DNA of 64,000 nt, from positions 43,118,496 to 43,182,495 of the forward strand of contig NC_083431.1 in assembly GCF_020745735.1 (NCBI RefSeq), written 5' to 3'. The DNA comes from Hemiscyllium ocellatum. Taxonomy: Eukaryota. The translations under genes were made by a program, and so were the position numbers. Below the pieces are notes generated by a model that made no database searches, was not told the DNA's origin, and saw only the letters and a program-made list of their open reading frames with translations. Shown in pieces: positions 39,611 through 54,055 of the stretch. Position 1 is the stretch's first letter, and each line of letters begins with the position of its first letter.

Positions 39611-41927
39611 GTAAGTACAATTAATTGTCTCAAATTCTTGTTTGGTTAAGAGATAGCAAAAGAGATAAATGAGTGGTAGGAATGCATTGAGTTTTAGAAA
39701 GAAAGAAGCAGCAAAGAAACTTCAAAAGATTTATGGAAAGATTTGGGTGCAGGTAAAATGATGGATATCCAACTCAAATGTCTACCAATTCTAATCCCAT
39801 CCCCAAATGTCATTCATATGATCCCTTGGATTGTACAAAATCAAAGCATAAAGGACCAAGAAAAACTATGCAAACCAAACTTAGCAGAAGCGTACTCTGT
39901 GTTGTCAGATCTTGGTTTGATGCATCCGTTCCATTTTCTTATTCCTGAGCAACTGAGAGCTGAAGATGAAGAATATACTGGAAATTCACACTTCACTGAT
40001 GACATGATTACATTTAACTCAGCATTACTGAATGAAACAACCTTGTAGTTAAGGGAAGGGGTAATTGATAATTGCACAATTAGTTTGATTTTAATCATAT
40101 AAATCCCTGGTTTTTGATGTATTACTTTATCTTAAATTTAAATGCCATGGTGACCTCAGTTTTCCTGGTTAAGGATGGGGGAAACTTAGTGAGAGTATAT
40201 AACCCCACAGTGTTTAACTTAATTGTACCCTTCAGTGATATTGACTTCATTGTAAGGCTGATCTGATGCAATTTGGTACATCATTATGGTTGACCTTGAA
40301 AACTGATTGACTGACTAGAAATTGGTTTCACTTTAATGTTCGACACATACATGATTTTCAAAACTCTCCTGTCAGCATGGAAACTCGCCATCCAAATAGG
40401 CACCAGGTTAATTCAGGTATTGTCCTCTCTAACTTGAAGGATAATGTCTGGAAAATCATAGAATATATGTAATCTTGACTATTTATTTAGACAGCTACCC
40501 AGTCCAGACACCCCTTGTTAGGTGTACCTGCTGTGAAATTAACCAGTTTGGCTGGAAAATAAACAAAGTGAAGAAGCAGAGGATGAGCAAAGAGCTTTGG
40601 TTGATGCCCTTTGAAATCGGTGATGTACTGGATCCAGCTCCATCACCAATTATTATGTCCAGCATTACATTGTAGACCTTTCCAATCACATTGTCAAGTC
40701 AGTTTGCTGCAGATTCCTCATGTACTTAGTTTTATATCAATGATATAAATGTAAATATATTGATTGACAAAATAATATACTGATTGACAGATCTGTTGAA
40801 ACCTGAAACCTAATACCCCAGGGGCAGATAACCAATTAAGTACCCACGTAGTTCCAATTTCCAAAGGAGAGAGCCCATTTCAGCAGTCTGAGCTGGAGAC
40901 TGATGTGAATAGTGGCATGGGGAGAGCCATCAGGCTCTCAGGCGCCCAGGAGCAGTTACAGGCATCCTTCCACCTCGAGGTCCTCATAGTCTCCCATTAT
41001 CACAGCTGAGAAAGGAGATATTCATGAGCTCTTCCAATGTGATGTAAGCTCAAGGTCTCCTCCTACTAATGCACATCTCTCCAAATGGAACTGCTGTTCA
41101 CTGCTGGCCCTCCTATTCAGCCCTTTCTTCTTCAGTCCACCACCATGACAAATTGGACTGGGCACCTATAACTGACTCCATAACTGGCCACCAACTGGGA
41201 AGATCAGTCATGATTATATTGAATGGCAGGACATGCTCAGTGGACTGAATAACCTACTCAAATCCTATGTTTCTAAGATTGCGACCAATAATTGGTCAAG
41301 TCTACCAGAGTAACAAACATCTTTGAAATAAAATAAGGGTTTCTTCACCCATGGGACCTGGATGTTGGGAGTACTTGTGACAAATTGAATGGAGCTAGTT
41401 GGGGTGGGGTTTTCTGGTGAGGGTGACAGTGGGGGAGGAATGAAGGTGTGTTCTGGTGGGTGTGGTTTTAATCCTATCAAAATTGACAATGTTTGACTTA
41501 CGACACTATCATCTCTCTACTGATCAAATCACTGAATCAAGAGTCTCAGGCTCCCACAGACTGTTCTAGAAATTTAGAACTAAAAGTGCTCCTTAAGGGA
41601 GATGGGTCTATCAGGATAAAGGACAATCCCATAAAGCATGAGAAAACTTAGCAACTACTTCTGGGTTCCAGACCAGAACTGGAGCCAACACTGGGATTTT
41701 GACACAGCTGATAAAATTCAGCCCAGTGTAGACTCTGAGACTGTTCAGAATACTATCACCAGCAGTTAATGACAAATCTCCAACAGCCATCTCAGATTTG
41801 AAGGGTGTGTGGCTTCAAAATGTGGAGGTGTGATCTACAGTTAAGATAGATGAGTGTTAAATTCTAATTTTTTTCTGTATTTACCTCTGTTAAATCTTTT
41901 AATTTTTTTCTTCTATACACTTTTCAG

Positions 41928-41950
41928 AAGTACAGTTCAATTGTCTCAAG
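41928..41950 (+). CDS. TRIM50: TRIM50 23-nt microexon
   Basis: Long pyrimidine tract + ttttcag, AAGTACAGTTCAATTGTCTCAAG, GTAAGT. Encodes KYSSIVS(S). Needed for the phase between the flanking exons; canonical 23-nt TRIM exon. Confidence 0.9.
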
Positions 41951-42239
41951 GTAAGTGTAAACTGCAGCTTCTCTATTATTTTATTGGGTGCTGAGGCGAT
42001 GAAGAAAAAGACTTTTGACTATTTTGTTTCTTCCTAATCTTCGGTTTTTGTTGATTTTCCCTGAAATGTATCAAACCCCTTGATGTTCATTGGGAAAAAA
42101 TGGTGTGAGGTGCAGCAGGACATTACACAGACTTGGAGCTGTGATTGCTCGCCCAGACAGCTCAGAGATGATTCAGCCCAAAGATGTCTTTACTACCCTT
42201 CAGATAGGTAGCACCGAATAAAATTAGTAAAGAATCTTA

Positions 42240-43590
42240 TTCCCTTGTTCAAAAAGCACAGCAGATCAAGGCCAGATAATTACAGACTAGTTAGTTTGCC
42301 ATCAGTGGAGGGAAATTATTGGAAAAAATTCTAAAGGTCAGGGAAAGGTAGAGATTGGTCAGGATAGTCTGCATGGATTTGTTGGAGGGAAAACCAGTTT
42401 GACTAATTCAATTTAATTTTTTTGAAAAGGTGACTAAATATATTGATGAGGATAGAGCAGTTGATGTGGTTTACATGGACCTGGGTAAGACCTTTGACAA
42501 GGTTTCATATGGAAGGCTAGTCCAAAGGTAAGAGCCCATTGCGTCCAAGGCAAGTTGACATACTGGGTCCAAAATTGGCTTACAAATAGGAGGCAAAGGG
42601 TGAGGATGGAGGGTTGTCATTGTAACTGGAAGCCTTGGGAGCACTAGGATCAATGCAGGGACCTTTGCTGCTTGTTACGTGCATTAACGACTTGGATGTG
42701 AATGTAAGATGGTATAATTAGTAAGTTTAAAGTTAACACAAAAGTCGGTGGTGTTGATAGTGAGGAGGATGGTCTCAGGCTACAGTCTGATATTGATCAG
42801 CTGGTAAATTGGGCAGAGCAATGGCAATTGGAATTTAATCCTGATAACTTCAGGGTGATACATTTTGGGAGGTCCAACAAGGAACAGAAATACACAATGA
42901 ATGGTAGCTCCCTAAGGAGTACTGACAAACAAAGGGACATTATTGTACAAGCCCACAGATCCCTTCAGATACATAGGGTGGTGAAGAAGTCATAAAAGGT
43001 GTTTCCCTTCATTAGTCAGGGCATAGAATATAGGAGCAAGGAATCTTGTTACAAGTTTATAAAACATTGGTTGGGCCATTCAAGGAATACTGTATGCAGT
43101 TCTGGTTGCCACACAATTGATTGCCCTGGAGAAGGTTCAGAGGAGATGCACCAGGATGTTACTTCAGATGAAAAGTCTCAGTTATCAATAGAGACTGGAT
43201 TAGTTTGATTTGTTTTCTTTCCCTGAGGTGGGATCTGACTGAGATATACAAAATTATGGGAGGCATAGACAGAGTAAATCATCAGAATCTCTTCCTGAAT
43301 GCAGACATGTCTAAAACCAGAAAGCGTACATTTAAAGTGAGGAGCATGTTGTTTAATCAGTTCTGGCTACAAAAGGGCATGGTGGAAATATGGAACGTGC
43401 TACCTGAGAGGGTATTGGAGACCAGAATTCTTACAGCATTCAAGAAATATCTGAATGAATACTTAAAATGCTAGGGCAAAGCTGGCTGTGGACCAAGTGC
43501 AGGTAAATGGAATTAATGTAGTTTTGTGTAAGTGGTAGGCATAGACATGGTGGGCTGAAGGGACTGTTGCCCTGGTGTATGACTCTTTGA
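42240..43590 (+). mobile_element. CR1 RT/3' portion (old)
   Basis: NYRLVSL, DVVYMDLGKTFDKV, ISQGIEYRSKE, LRWDLTEIYKIMGG. Confidence 0.85.
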
Positions 43591-44109
43591 TTCCTGATCA
43601 TCATCTTGTGACCCTTCCTGGGGAGAAAGTGTGCCCACTGGTACAGGACATAATTGGGCTTGTCAGTGATGACTTCATTACTCAAATGGCCTGATGAGAC
43701 TCATAATGAACAGGATCACATTTCTACACATGCGCGCACACACACACACATTGGTCTTCTTAAAAACAAATTGTGTCCTCCCTGTCAGTGCTCATCTTGT
43801 TTGAGACAATCCTTCAGGGCCCTTGATGGACAAGTGCCTCCCAATCGAAACACCTTTGAGCACTACTTGTGTGAAGACTCTCCTGCCCTCTATGCTGGCT
43901 ACCTGGATTAACAAATTGCAGGTCCATGTGTCTTCTCTGTCTTCTCTCCTTTACCCTAGCTGTGTGACACAGATTAGGAAATGGAAGCAGGAGTTTGCCA
44001 TTCAGCCCACTGTACCTGCTCCCTATTCAACTAGATCTGGCATTATTAATAATTCATTGTCTTTGAGGAAGATCTACATTACTGGGTAATTTATTTAATG
44101 CTTGCAAAG

Positions 44110-44442
44110 ATGATGTGTGGTGGTAGTGTCACTGGACTAACAATTAGTGAAATTTGAATTCAGTTAATAAATCTGGAAGATAGCACTATTCTCAGTAATT
44201 GTGACCATGTCAACCATCATCAATTATTGTTTAAAAAACCATCTGTGTTCACTAATGGCTATTAGGGAATGAAACCTGTCATCCTTATCCATGTTGGTCT
44301 GCACATGACTCCAGACCCACAGCAATGTGATTGATGCTTAACTATCCTCTGAATAGCTGAGTAAGTAACTCAGATCAAGGGCAATTAGGAATGGGCAGTA
44401 AATGCCTCACCAGCAACGTCCATATCTCATGAATGAATAAGG
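44110..44442 (+). mobile_element. SINE (tRNA-like head remnant, LINE-derived tail)
   Basis: GGTAGTGTCACTGGACTA head; AAACCATCTGTGTTCACTAATG...TGACTCCAGACCCACAGCAATGTG...GGGCAATTAGGAATGGGCA...ATGAATGAATAA tail. Confidence 0.6.
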
Positions 44443-44634
44443 AACAGGCACAGACCATTCTGCCCATCTTATAAAAATCTTTCCCTCACTGATTGTATTC
44501 CATATGCATTCCAAATTCCTTGATGAAAGATATGTTTTTCCTTAATTTCAGGTTTTAATTTCTTGCGTTATTAGCAGTTCGTGGGCAGCACGGTGGCACA
44601 GTGGTTAGCACTGCTGCCTCTCAGCGCCAAGAGT

Positions 44635-45600
44635 CTCCAGGAAGATTTAGAGAAGTTAAGAAGAGGGCAAAAACTTGACAGATGGTACATAATGTGGGAA
44701 AATGTGAGGTTATGAGTGTTGGCAGGAAGACTAGAAGAGTTAACTATTATTTAAACAGAGAAAGACTGCAGAAAGCTGCAGAACGGAGGGATTTGGGAGT
44801 TTTCATACATAAATAATAAAGCTCACTTATAAGTTCGGAGGGCAGTAGAGAAGGCAAATGGAAAATTGGCCAATGGTTTCAGAGGGAATGGAGTATACAA
44901 AATAGGGAGGTTTTTACTATAACTGTACGAGGCACCGGAGCACACCAGGAAAATACTATGAATAGTTTTGACTCATTGGAATTCAGAAGAATGAGGGGGG
45001 CGTTCTTAATAGAGATGTATAACATTTTGAAGGTAATACATAAGATAAAAGCAGGGAGGTTGTTTCTACTGGCGGGTGAGACTAGAACTATGGAGCATAG
45101 CCTCAAAATAGAGGGAAGCAGATTTGGGACTGAGTTGAGGAGGAACATCTTCACCAGAAGGGTTGTGAATCTGTGGAACTTGCTGTCCAATGAAGCAATT
45201 GAGGCTGACTCATTGAATGTTTTTAAGACAAAGATAGATTTTTGAATAGTAAAGGAATTAAGGTTATGGTGAGTGGGTGGATAAGTGGACTTAAGTCCGT
45301 AAAATAATCAGCCATGATCTTATTGAATGGCAGAGCAGGCTCGATGGGCCAGACGGCCTAGTTCTTATGTTGTTATATTCTCTTTATCTAAGGAAAGATA
45401 TATATATATGCACTGGAGGCAGTCTAGAGAAGGTTCATCCGGCTGATCACAGGTATGGAGGGACTATCTTATAAAATGTTGAGTAGATTGAGACTGGACT
45501 CACTGGAGTTTCAAAGAATGAGGGGGGACTTTATTAAAGCATAGAAGATTCTTAGTGGATCTGACAGGTTTGATGTGGAAAAGACGTTTCCTGTTGTGGG
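44635..45600 (+). mobile_element. stacked CR1 3' fragments
   Basis: SLEFRRMRGAFLIEMYNIL...RRNIFTRRVVNLWN. Confidence 0.8.
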
Positions 45601-45601
45601 A

Positions 45602-46310
45602 GTCATAGTCATAGAGACGTACAGCATGGAAACAGACCCTTCGGTCCAACCTGTACATGTCATCCCGATATCTCAACCCAGTCTAGTCCCACCAGCCAGC
45701 ACCCAGCCCATATCCCTCCAAACCCTTCCTATTCATATACCCATCCAAATGCCTTTTAAATGTTGCAATTGTACCAGCCTCCACCACTTCCTCTGGCAGC
45801 TTATTCCATACACGTACCACCTTCTGTGTGAAAAAGTTGCCCCTTAGGTCTCTTTTATATCTTTCCCCTTTCACCCTAAACCTATGCCCTCTAGTTCTGG
45901 ATTTCACCACTCCAGGGAAAAGACCTTGTCTATTTATCCTATCCATGCCCCTCATAATTTTGTAAACCTCTATAAGGTCAGCCTCCTCTGATCCAGTGAA
46001 AACAGCCCCAGCCTATTCAGCCTCTCCTTACAGCTCAAACTCCCAACCCTGGCAATAGCCTTGTAATTCTTTTCTTAACCCTTTCAAGTTTTAAAACATC
46101 CTTCGGATAGGAAGGAGACCAGAACTGCACACAATATTCCAAAAGTGGCCTAACCAATGTCCTGTCCAGCAGCAATATGATCTCCCAACTCCTGTATTTA
46201 ATATTCTGACCAATAAAGGAAAGCATACCAAACACCTTCTTCACTGTCCTATCTACCTGTGACTCCACTTTCAAGGAACTATGAACCTGCACTCCAAGGT
46301 CTCTTTGTTC
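45602..46310 (-). mobile_element. young CR1 (HER1-like) 3' portion
   Basis: MRGMDRINRQGLFPGV..RTRGHRFRVKGERYKRDLRGNFFTQ; LVRPLLEYCVQFWSP. Confidence 0.9.
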
Positions 46311-46345
46311 ATTAAGGCTCCCTAGGACATAGAGTCGAGGACCTT

Positions 46346-46645
46346 GGGCGGCACGGTGGCACAGTGGTTAGCACTGCTGCCTCACAGCTCCAGGGACCTG
46401 GGTTCAATTCCCACCTCAGGCGACTGACTGTGTGGAGTTTGCACGTTCTCCCCGTGTCTGCGTGGGTTTCCACCGGGTGCTCCGGTTTCCTCCCACAGTC
46501 CAAAGATGTGCGGGTCAGGTGAATTGGCCATGCTAAATTGCCCGTTAGTGTTAGGTAAGGGGTATATGTTGGGGTATGGGTGGGTTGCGGGTCGGTGTGG
46601 ACTTGTTGGGCCGAAGGGCCTGTTTCCACACTGTAAGTAATCTAA
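46346..46645 (+). mobile_element. HE1-like tRNA-derived SINE
   Basis: A box TGGCACAGTGG 46357-46367, B box GGTTCAATTCC 46401-46411, TCTAA tail. Confidence 0.9.
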
Positions 46646-48339
46646 AGTCATAATCTTAGAATAAGGGTCGCACGTTGAAGACGGAGTTGGGGAGGAATTT
46701 CTTCTTTCGATGTGTGGGTGTGAATCTCTTTGTATTAGACTCACTCTGTTGTGTTATACTGCTGATGATTCTTATTGTCTCAATGTTTACACATGTCATA
46801 ATTCTTTACAGCAAAGGGCTGTTGAGGCTGAATCATTAAGTATCTCAAAACTGAAATTGATAAAGAAATCAAGTGTTATGGGAATAAAGTAAGAGTTGAA
46901 GATTATCAGATCAATCATGATCTCATTCAGTGATGGAGCTGAATGGTCTGCTTACTGTCTAATAAAATATGGATTTTATTGTATACACCAAAGCAGTTTG
47001 AAAATTTAGATTAATAACTTTAAAACCCTGAATGATCTCTAACAAGAATAGAAACCTAGAAGTTAGAGGTTGTCAAACAACTGAATTAATGAAACCCCAT
47101 AGTGGAAAACCATGCGATGTATAGTGTGAATGTGTCTGTTTCCTGCTGACAGACTGAGTTATAAGTATCTCTCATGTTTCAGCTCATGTCCTGAGATATT
47201 TTATCTTTCAGTTACCAAGATTAAAATAGGTACCTCATGTGTGTGAATGAACACTAGTGTGAGAAATGATTAAATAAGATTATGTGCTAATTTTAAAAGG
47301 GGTGACCGCTAGATAGGGGAGGGCATCAAACCTGGAGATTGGAAGCATTTTCTTTAGTGCAGTGTGTGTGGGTGCGAATCTCTTTGTGTCAGGCTCACTC
47401 CGTTGTGTTACATTGCTTATGATTCTTATCACCTCAATGTTTACACAAGTCATTATCTAATTCATGATAAGTGTTACTCATGCACTTCAACTAAGTCAAG
47501 TGCAAATAAATCAAACAGAGCAAATAGTTTTTCACATAAGTAAGATTGTTGCCTCAGTTAATAAATGATTATAGTATTTACTTAGTAATGGGTGGTTATA
47601 ATTTCCAGTTCAGTGAGTTTACTCATATGACTCTGTGCTTTGTGTGCAATACATCCTTGACCATCTACAATAAAGCTGGCTACCCTTTTACACTGTGGGA
47701 GGACATGTCATTTTTCTCTTCCTTGTGGGGACTGGTGAACACATTTCAGAAAGACAAGGGTTACTACAACATTAAACATAGACTTCACCAAAAAAAAATC
47801 AAAAGCAATAAATTGATCAATTAAATGCATCATTAATAGAAATGGTCATTAAAAGTACCAAGCAGCAAAACCTAAAAATAAAGCTGATTTTTTTTTTGCC
47901 TTTTTGGTTAAGAGGCAGAGATAGACAGAGGAAGAGTATTTACCAGGAAATTTCTATTTCATATTGATATGAAAGTTTTTCTTTCTTGAGACACTTCAAT
48001 AAAATTTGGTAAAAAATGATTTTTTTTAATATAATGAGTAAGAGCAACCAGCAGCTGGTCATTTCCACCCTCAGTGTCGCAGCCGGGCTTGCAGTCTCCT
48101 TTGCCCATTTGACTTTCCTTGCCCTCTCATTGTGCTGCAACTGTCATCTCCTTCCCCTCCTCCCCAAGTTAGAGTTTCCCTATCTCCACACTCACTGCCA
48201 AGGGTCCAATGCCAGGCTGCTAGCGGCCCTTCCGATCACAGATTAGTTCTCTCCCACTCTTGTTGCTGATTGGCTCAACCAGTAAGGGTGAGACACATAC
48301 AGAACACATTATAGAAAGCCCACCATGCGGAAAAAAACT

Positions 48340-48556
48340 GCACCAACCTTTCGAAGAGTATCCCACACCCCGTCCTCGAACCCTGTCCCCATAACCCTGC
48401 ATACTATGGACAATTTAGAATGGCCATCACCCAGAGGAAACCCACTCAGACACAGGGAGAATGTGTAAACTCCACACAGACACTCACTCGAGGCTGGATT
48501 CAAACCCAGATCCCTACTGCTGTGAGGCAGTAGTGCTAACCACTGAGCCACCGTGC
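48340..48556 (-). mobile_element. HE1-like SINE (diverged)
   Basis: Colinear with the other HE1 copies. Confidence 0.75.
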
Positions 48557-50444
48557 TGACCCAGATTGGAGGAATGGCTCCTTGCAAAATCTTACACTTC
48601 AACTTACCTGAATTTGAAACACTGGCTTCAAATAAATAAAACAAAAAAAATTCTTTAAAAAACTTGCACTTCACATCATCTTGTTTCTTGGTCTGTGTTC
48701 CTGCTTGAGTAGAGGTATGTGATGATTAATTATGCAAACCTTATGTCTCCCAGTAAAGCAGACATAGGGTTTTATGAAAAGTTTGTATCTAGCCTGCAGG
48801 CCATGGTTGGACACACTCAGTCTAAAGTATGTACAGGAGGACAAATCCATTTTGGTATTTGCAACATGGAAACAGTGTTGAATTTGTTCATTGGTTTAGC
48901 CAGAGTTAGAATGGTTTTAGGCATTATATTGTAAAAAGGATGTGAGAGCTACAGGAGAGGTGCAGGATTGATTCATGAGTGCTCAAATTAATATATAGTC
49001 AGTAAAGAAGACTTTGAACATTTGGGACTTTTTTTCACTTGAATAGAGAACAGTGGATTCCAAACCAAAATAAATGAACAGCACAAATATAGGTTGACAG
49101 GTGGGATCTCATAACTATTACGGAGACATTGATGAGGAGATCAAAGCTGGTAACTAAATATTCAGGGGCATGTGACTTCTCAAAGTAAAAGCCACGAAGT
49201 AAGGGATGGTGGGTTAGCATTGTTGGTCCGGGATAGAGTAGATGCATCAGCAAAAATTAAGTTGAATTGGGAAATGCAAAATCCGTATTGAAGTACGTAA
49301 GCAATGAAAAGGTGAAGCAGACCCTGGCACGTGTAATCAGTAAAGTATTAGGGGAAAAGGCAGGAAAGTGGACTTGAGGATTATCCGTTCAGCCATACTG
49401 TCATTGAATGGCAGAGCAAACTTGACGGGTTGAATGGCCTCCTGATGCTATGTCTTATGGTCTTGAAGATACTTCCTACTCGATCTGTTCAGAGATTTTC
49501 TTACACATCTCTGGAGCAGGTGGGATTTGAACCTGGGATTCCTTGTTCAGAGATGTTGTCTGAGCCTTTCAACTTAGGATGGACAATTGTTGCCAATTAT
49601 TGGTAAATTGGTTTGGAATGTGACTGAAAGAATGGAGGGGGCAGTTAGAAGATTTTAAACATGGATTAATAGAAAATGAATACTCAACCATGAATTAAAA
49701 CAAAGTTTAGTGTCAATGAAAATTAAATTGACTACACATTTGACAAGACAGTCAATTACATGGGACTTGAATTGATAGATCCAGCAGAGGCAAAAGGGGC
49801 TTTTATCAGCATCTGAAGCCACCTTTTAAAGAACAATTGTGGCCAACAATACAGAGATAAAACTAACTGTGTTGAAATGAAACATTTAAGAAACTCATTG
49901 TCAGGATCAAACATTTCTTGCTTAGTATAACACTTTCAGATATAAAGTTTCAATTCAGTCTTTTCTGATAGTATGTCTCAGAAGAGCATCCTCGATTTGC
50001 ACCAATTCCCTCAATCTTCCAGTTTCAACTAGAACAGATCCATCTGTTGAATTGGACTTGTGTCTTGTCAGGCCATACTGATTTTAATCAAACAAAGAAG
50101 ATCTGATACAAAAACAGACATTGCTGGAGACCCTTTGAAGGGTCATTGGTCTCAATATGTTAACTCTGTTTCTCTTTCCATAGACGCTGTCAGACCTGCC
50201 CAATTTCAACTGTACTGAGACTACCCAACATTACCTCACACAGTACCTCACAGACAGCAGGGCAGAAGACATTACTGCTTCATTAAGCTGGGCTGGATTT
50301 GAATCTAGATCCCAGAAATTAAACCATTGATTGCTCAGCCCAGTTCCCCAAATTCTCAGTGATAGGTGCTATATTACTCTATGAATAATTATTTATTTTT
50401 TACTTTTTGAAGAAGAACATATATATATCCTTGGCAATCAAAGG

Positions 50445-50690
50445 ATTCATAGAGTAATACAGCATAGAAATAGACCCTTCAGTTCAACTCATCCATGCCA
50501 ACCAAATTTTCCAAATTTACCTGTATTTGGCTCATATCCCTCTAAACCTTTCCTATTCATGTCCCTGTCCAAATGTCTTTTAAATGCTGTAACTGTACCT
50601 GCATCTCCCATTTACTCTGGTGGTTCATTTCACATATGAACCAATTTGTGTGTGAAAACATTGCCCTTCAGGTCTGTTTTAAAACTTTTT
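50445..50690 (-). mobile_element. CR1 3' end
   Basis: Colinear with the 45602 copy. Confidence 0.8.
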
Positions 50691-50745
50691 CGAGAAGGCG
50701 TGAAACTTCACAAACTTACACAGCTGTATGGCTTTGAGCAATTAA

Positions 50746-50904
<159 letters not shown>

Positions 50905-52199
50905 TGAACTCAATATTAGATGAATCGATTTAAGGGATTGCGTGAGCAAGGGGAAGTATATAAAAGAATTGTCTCCTCATAGCTAAGTGTGAATAATGGC
51001 ATTAATATATGATCCAGGTGTACATGAATAGAGATTGTTACTAAGTATATTTGTTGCTGTTACAAGTAGAACTTACAGATTAAGTTATTTATCAGAAAAT
51101 ATGTTTGTGTTAGTTTATAATCAAAATTATCTCCTGAAAGAATAAGAGAACACGGTAAAAAGATTAAGTAGTGTTAACATAAATAATGGCTGTAGCATTG
51201 AATAAATGCTTCTGTACTTAAATATGGAATATGCAATTCACACATCCCTCTGACTCAGACACATAGGGAGTACCTGTAACACAGTGCAAAACATGTCAAT
51301 TTGGCAAAAGGAGTTACTGCCCATTTAACAATCTCTGTGTCCACAATTTCTTTCTTTTATCACTGCTGTGCTAAAATTTAATTCCTGAAAGCAATATGGA
51401 GACCCCTCCAGCAGTAGGATTACAATGGTTCAGGGGGATGACTCAAATTCTTGGGCTGGAGAGAAATAAGTCTCTCTTTGCCATTGTCAGCCGTATCCCA
51501 AAGCAAATTTAACCGAAAGGATATTTAAGAGAGAGATGTCTTTCTCAGAGTGGAGTGAATCTGTGGAATTCTTTACCACAGAGGTCTATGCAGAAGCATC
51601 GTGATTTTAATCAGAGCAAGGGTAAGGGGATTAAGGGTCACGGGAAAAGCCAGGAAAGTGGAATTGAGGATGATCAGATTAGTCATGACGTCACTGAATT
51701 GCAAAACAGACTCAGTGGGCCTAATGACCTACTTCTACTCCTGTTGCTTTTGGTCTCTTAAATGAAAAAAAATCATAACACCACATTATGTATCTGTATA
51801 TGGACTTGTGCAGTGCTGTTGAATAAGAAGGCAAAACACAAATTGAACCTGCTTAACCTTAGCCACTACCATCCAGACATTTTAAGGGGTGTGTCTCTGA
51901 GATGTTGCAATCTACGTCGTTGTTGTAACAATAACTGAACTAACCAGATCCGTTTGGAATTGAGAAAAGCTTTACTTCACTCTCTTATGCTTACTTGGAA
52001 CTGGCATGTTCCAAACTCATTCCAAAATTGAGTCAGCACAAAGAGGTTTTAATGACATGAATGTGCATTTTACTTTATCTCAGATGAGGACTGAAGTCCT
52101 GATGAGTTTCCCTCTCCTCTGAGTCCCCAGTGGGAACTGGAATTTAGACAGTTTCTCATGTCTGGTAGGATGGTGATAGAGTAGGACCTCTAAGCCTGT

Positions 52200-52885
52200 C
52201 GACTTCACTATTCTCTTTGTTTCTTTTCTTTTTTTCACTCTTTTCTCATTTTTTTTTCTCTTTGTCTCTTTGGTTTCTCTTACTTCTTGCTGAAGAGCTC
52301 GGTCGAAGTGATGGCATCAACAGACTCAACTAGGCCCAACAGCACGGACTCAAGGCGATAGTGTCAGATGCAAGTTTGGGTTCACGGCAGCTTCTGCATT
52401 AATGAGGCAATAATGGCTGCTGTGGCAGAGGCAGGTTTGGGTTCTCAGCAATGTCTGCGTCCAGTGCGGTAGAAGCGAATTTGAGCGTACTCCACAATCC
52501 TACAGCAGCACCCAGCACCATTGGTGGCGTCTGCATTGGCAAGGTCCATCAAGGACTCATAGTGGTGAGGGTGTCGGTGGAGGCAAGATGGCGCCAAAGT
52601 GTGGCGACGTTCATTTGAGTGATGGCAACTCCACAAAGGCAACTTCTATCTGACTACCAGGCCCGTGGTCTACGACAGAGCATTGAACAAGAAGGACTGT
52701 AAAGTTGAACATTCATTATTTCTTCATTTTCTGCCTTTATATTCTATGTTTTGGTTTATTTTTCTGTATTTTCAGATGTCACCGGAGAGTGGTGACACTA
52801 TACAACACTTTTCACTGTATTTTGTAACAAAATATATGTGAGAATAAATAATTAAAGTCAATAAATCTATCAAATCAAATCAAAG
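52200..52885 (+). mobile_element. non-coding non-LTR-type element with Rex1/Babar-like 3' end (uncertain class)
   Basis: Ends ACACTTTTCACTGTATTTTGTAACAAAATATATGTGAGAATAAA...(CAAAT)n. Related architecture at 54875-55480; reversed tail at 22796-22828. Confidence 0.45.
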
Positions 52886-53054
52886 GTTTCCCTTCCCTGA
52901 CTTGGGGAATTCCAGATACATTCTCCACATGGTTGGACATCCTTCTGAAGAAAATAAGGTAGCAGTTATGAGTATAACAGCAGGCTGTAGGTTAGTAAGC
53001 ACTATGAAATCCCAGTGGAATAGGGGTGAAGACTTGACATTATGTTTAGTTTTG

Positions 53055-53283
53055 GATTAGTGGTGCTGGAAAAGCACAGCAGTTCAGGCAGCATCCGAGG
53101 AGCAGTAAAATCGACGTTTTGGGCAAAAGCCCTTCCTCAGGAATACAGGCAGAGTGCCTGAAGGGAAGGCTTTTGCCCGAAACGTCAATTTTACTGCTCT
53201 TCGGATGCTGCCTGAACAGCTGTGCTTTTCCAGCACCACTAATCCAGAATCTGGTTTCCAGCATCTGCAGTCATTGTTTTTAT
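53055..53283. mobile_element. fold-back PLE mini-element with hammerhead arms
   Basis: Inverted arms ~53053-53141 / 53157-53247 around a short spacer; 17-bp TSD CATTATGTTTAGTTTTG at 53038-53054 and 53284-53300. Confidence 0.9.
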
Positions 53284-54055
53284 CATTATGTTTAGTTTTG
53301 CAGCTCTTCCAACAATCTCAATGCCAATCAGAAGAAAGCAATCAGAATTATTGACTCTATGACACCCCATCCACTCTCTTCAATACTGACACACTGTGAC
53401 TGCTGTGTGTATCATTTACAGAATATTTGAAGCAACTTACCAAAGTCCATTTGATAGCACATCCCACCTGTGGCTTCCACCACTTCGAAGGCTAAGGGCA
53501 GCAAGTCCAAATGAACACCATCACATCCACATTCTCCTTCAAAACACGCATCAACTTGATGTGGAAATCTATTGCAATCCACCCATTAACTGTTGTGTCT
53601 ATTTTGTTTTATTCTCTTGTGGTTTCAGGCAGCATCTATTGCCGATCCCTCATTGCCTTTGAGAAAGTGGTGCTGAGCTGCTTTCTCGAATTGCTGTAGT
53701 CTGTGTGCTTTAGTTAGATCCACAATGTTGTTAGTAAAGGAGTCCCAGCATTTCAACTAAGCAACAAGTGAAAGAATGGTGATATATTTCCAAGTCAGAA
53801 TGTCTTGGAGAGGAACTTGAAGATGGTGGTATTCCAATGTATATGCTGCCCTTGTCCTTCTCGATGGAAGTGGGTGTGAATTTTGAAGGTACTGTCTAAG
53901 GACCTTTGGTGAATTTCTGCAGCACATCTTGCAAATAGTATCTTGGAACCTAAGAACTTTCTCATAACAGCATTGAAGATGGCCTGTCATAACATGATCT
54001 AATAGGAACAAGAATAGACCATAGGCTGCTTGAGCATGCTCCAGCATTCAACATT

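Noticed and set aside
46346-46420. tRNA-like sequence with A/B boxes
   Set aside because: SINE head that continues into SINE body and tail; not a stand-alone tRNA gene.
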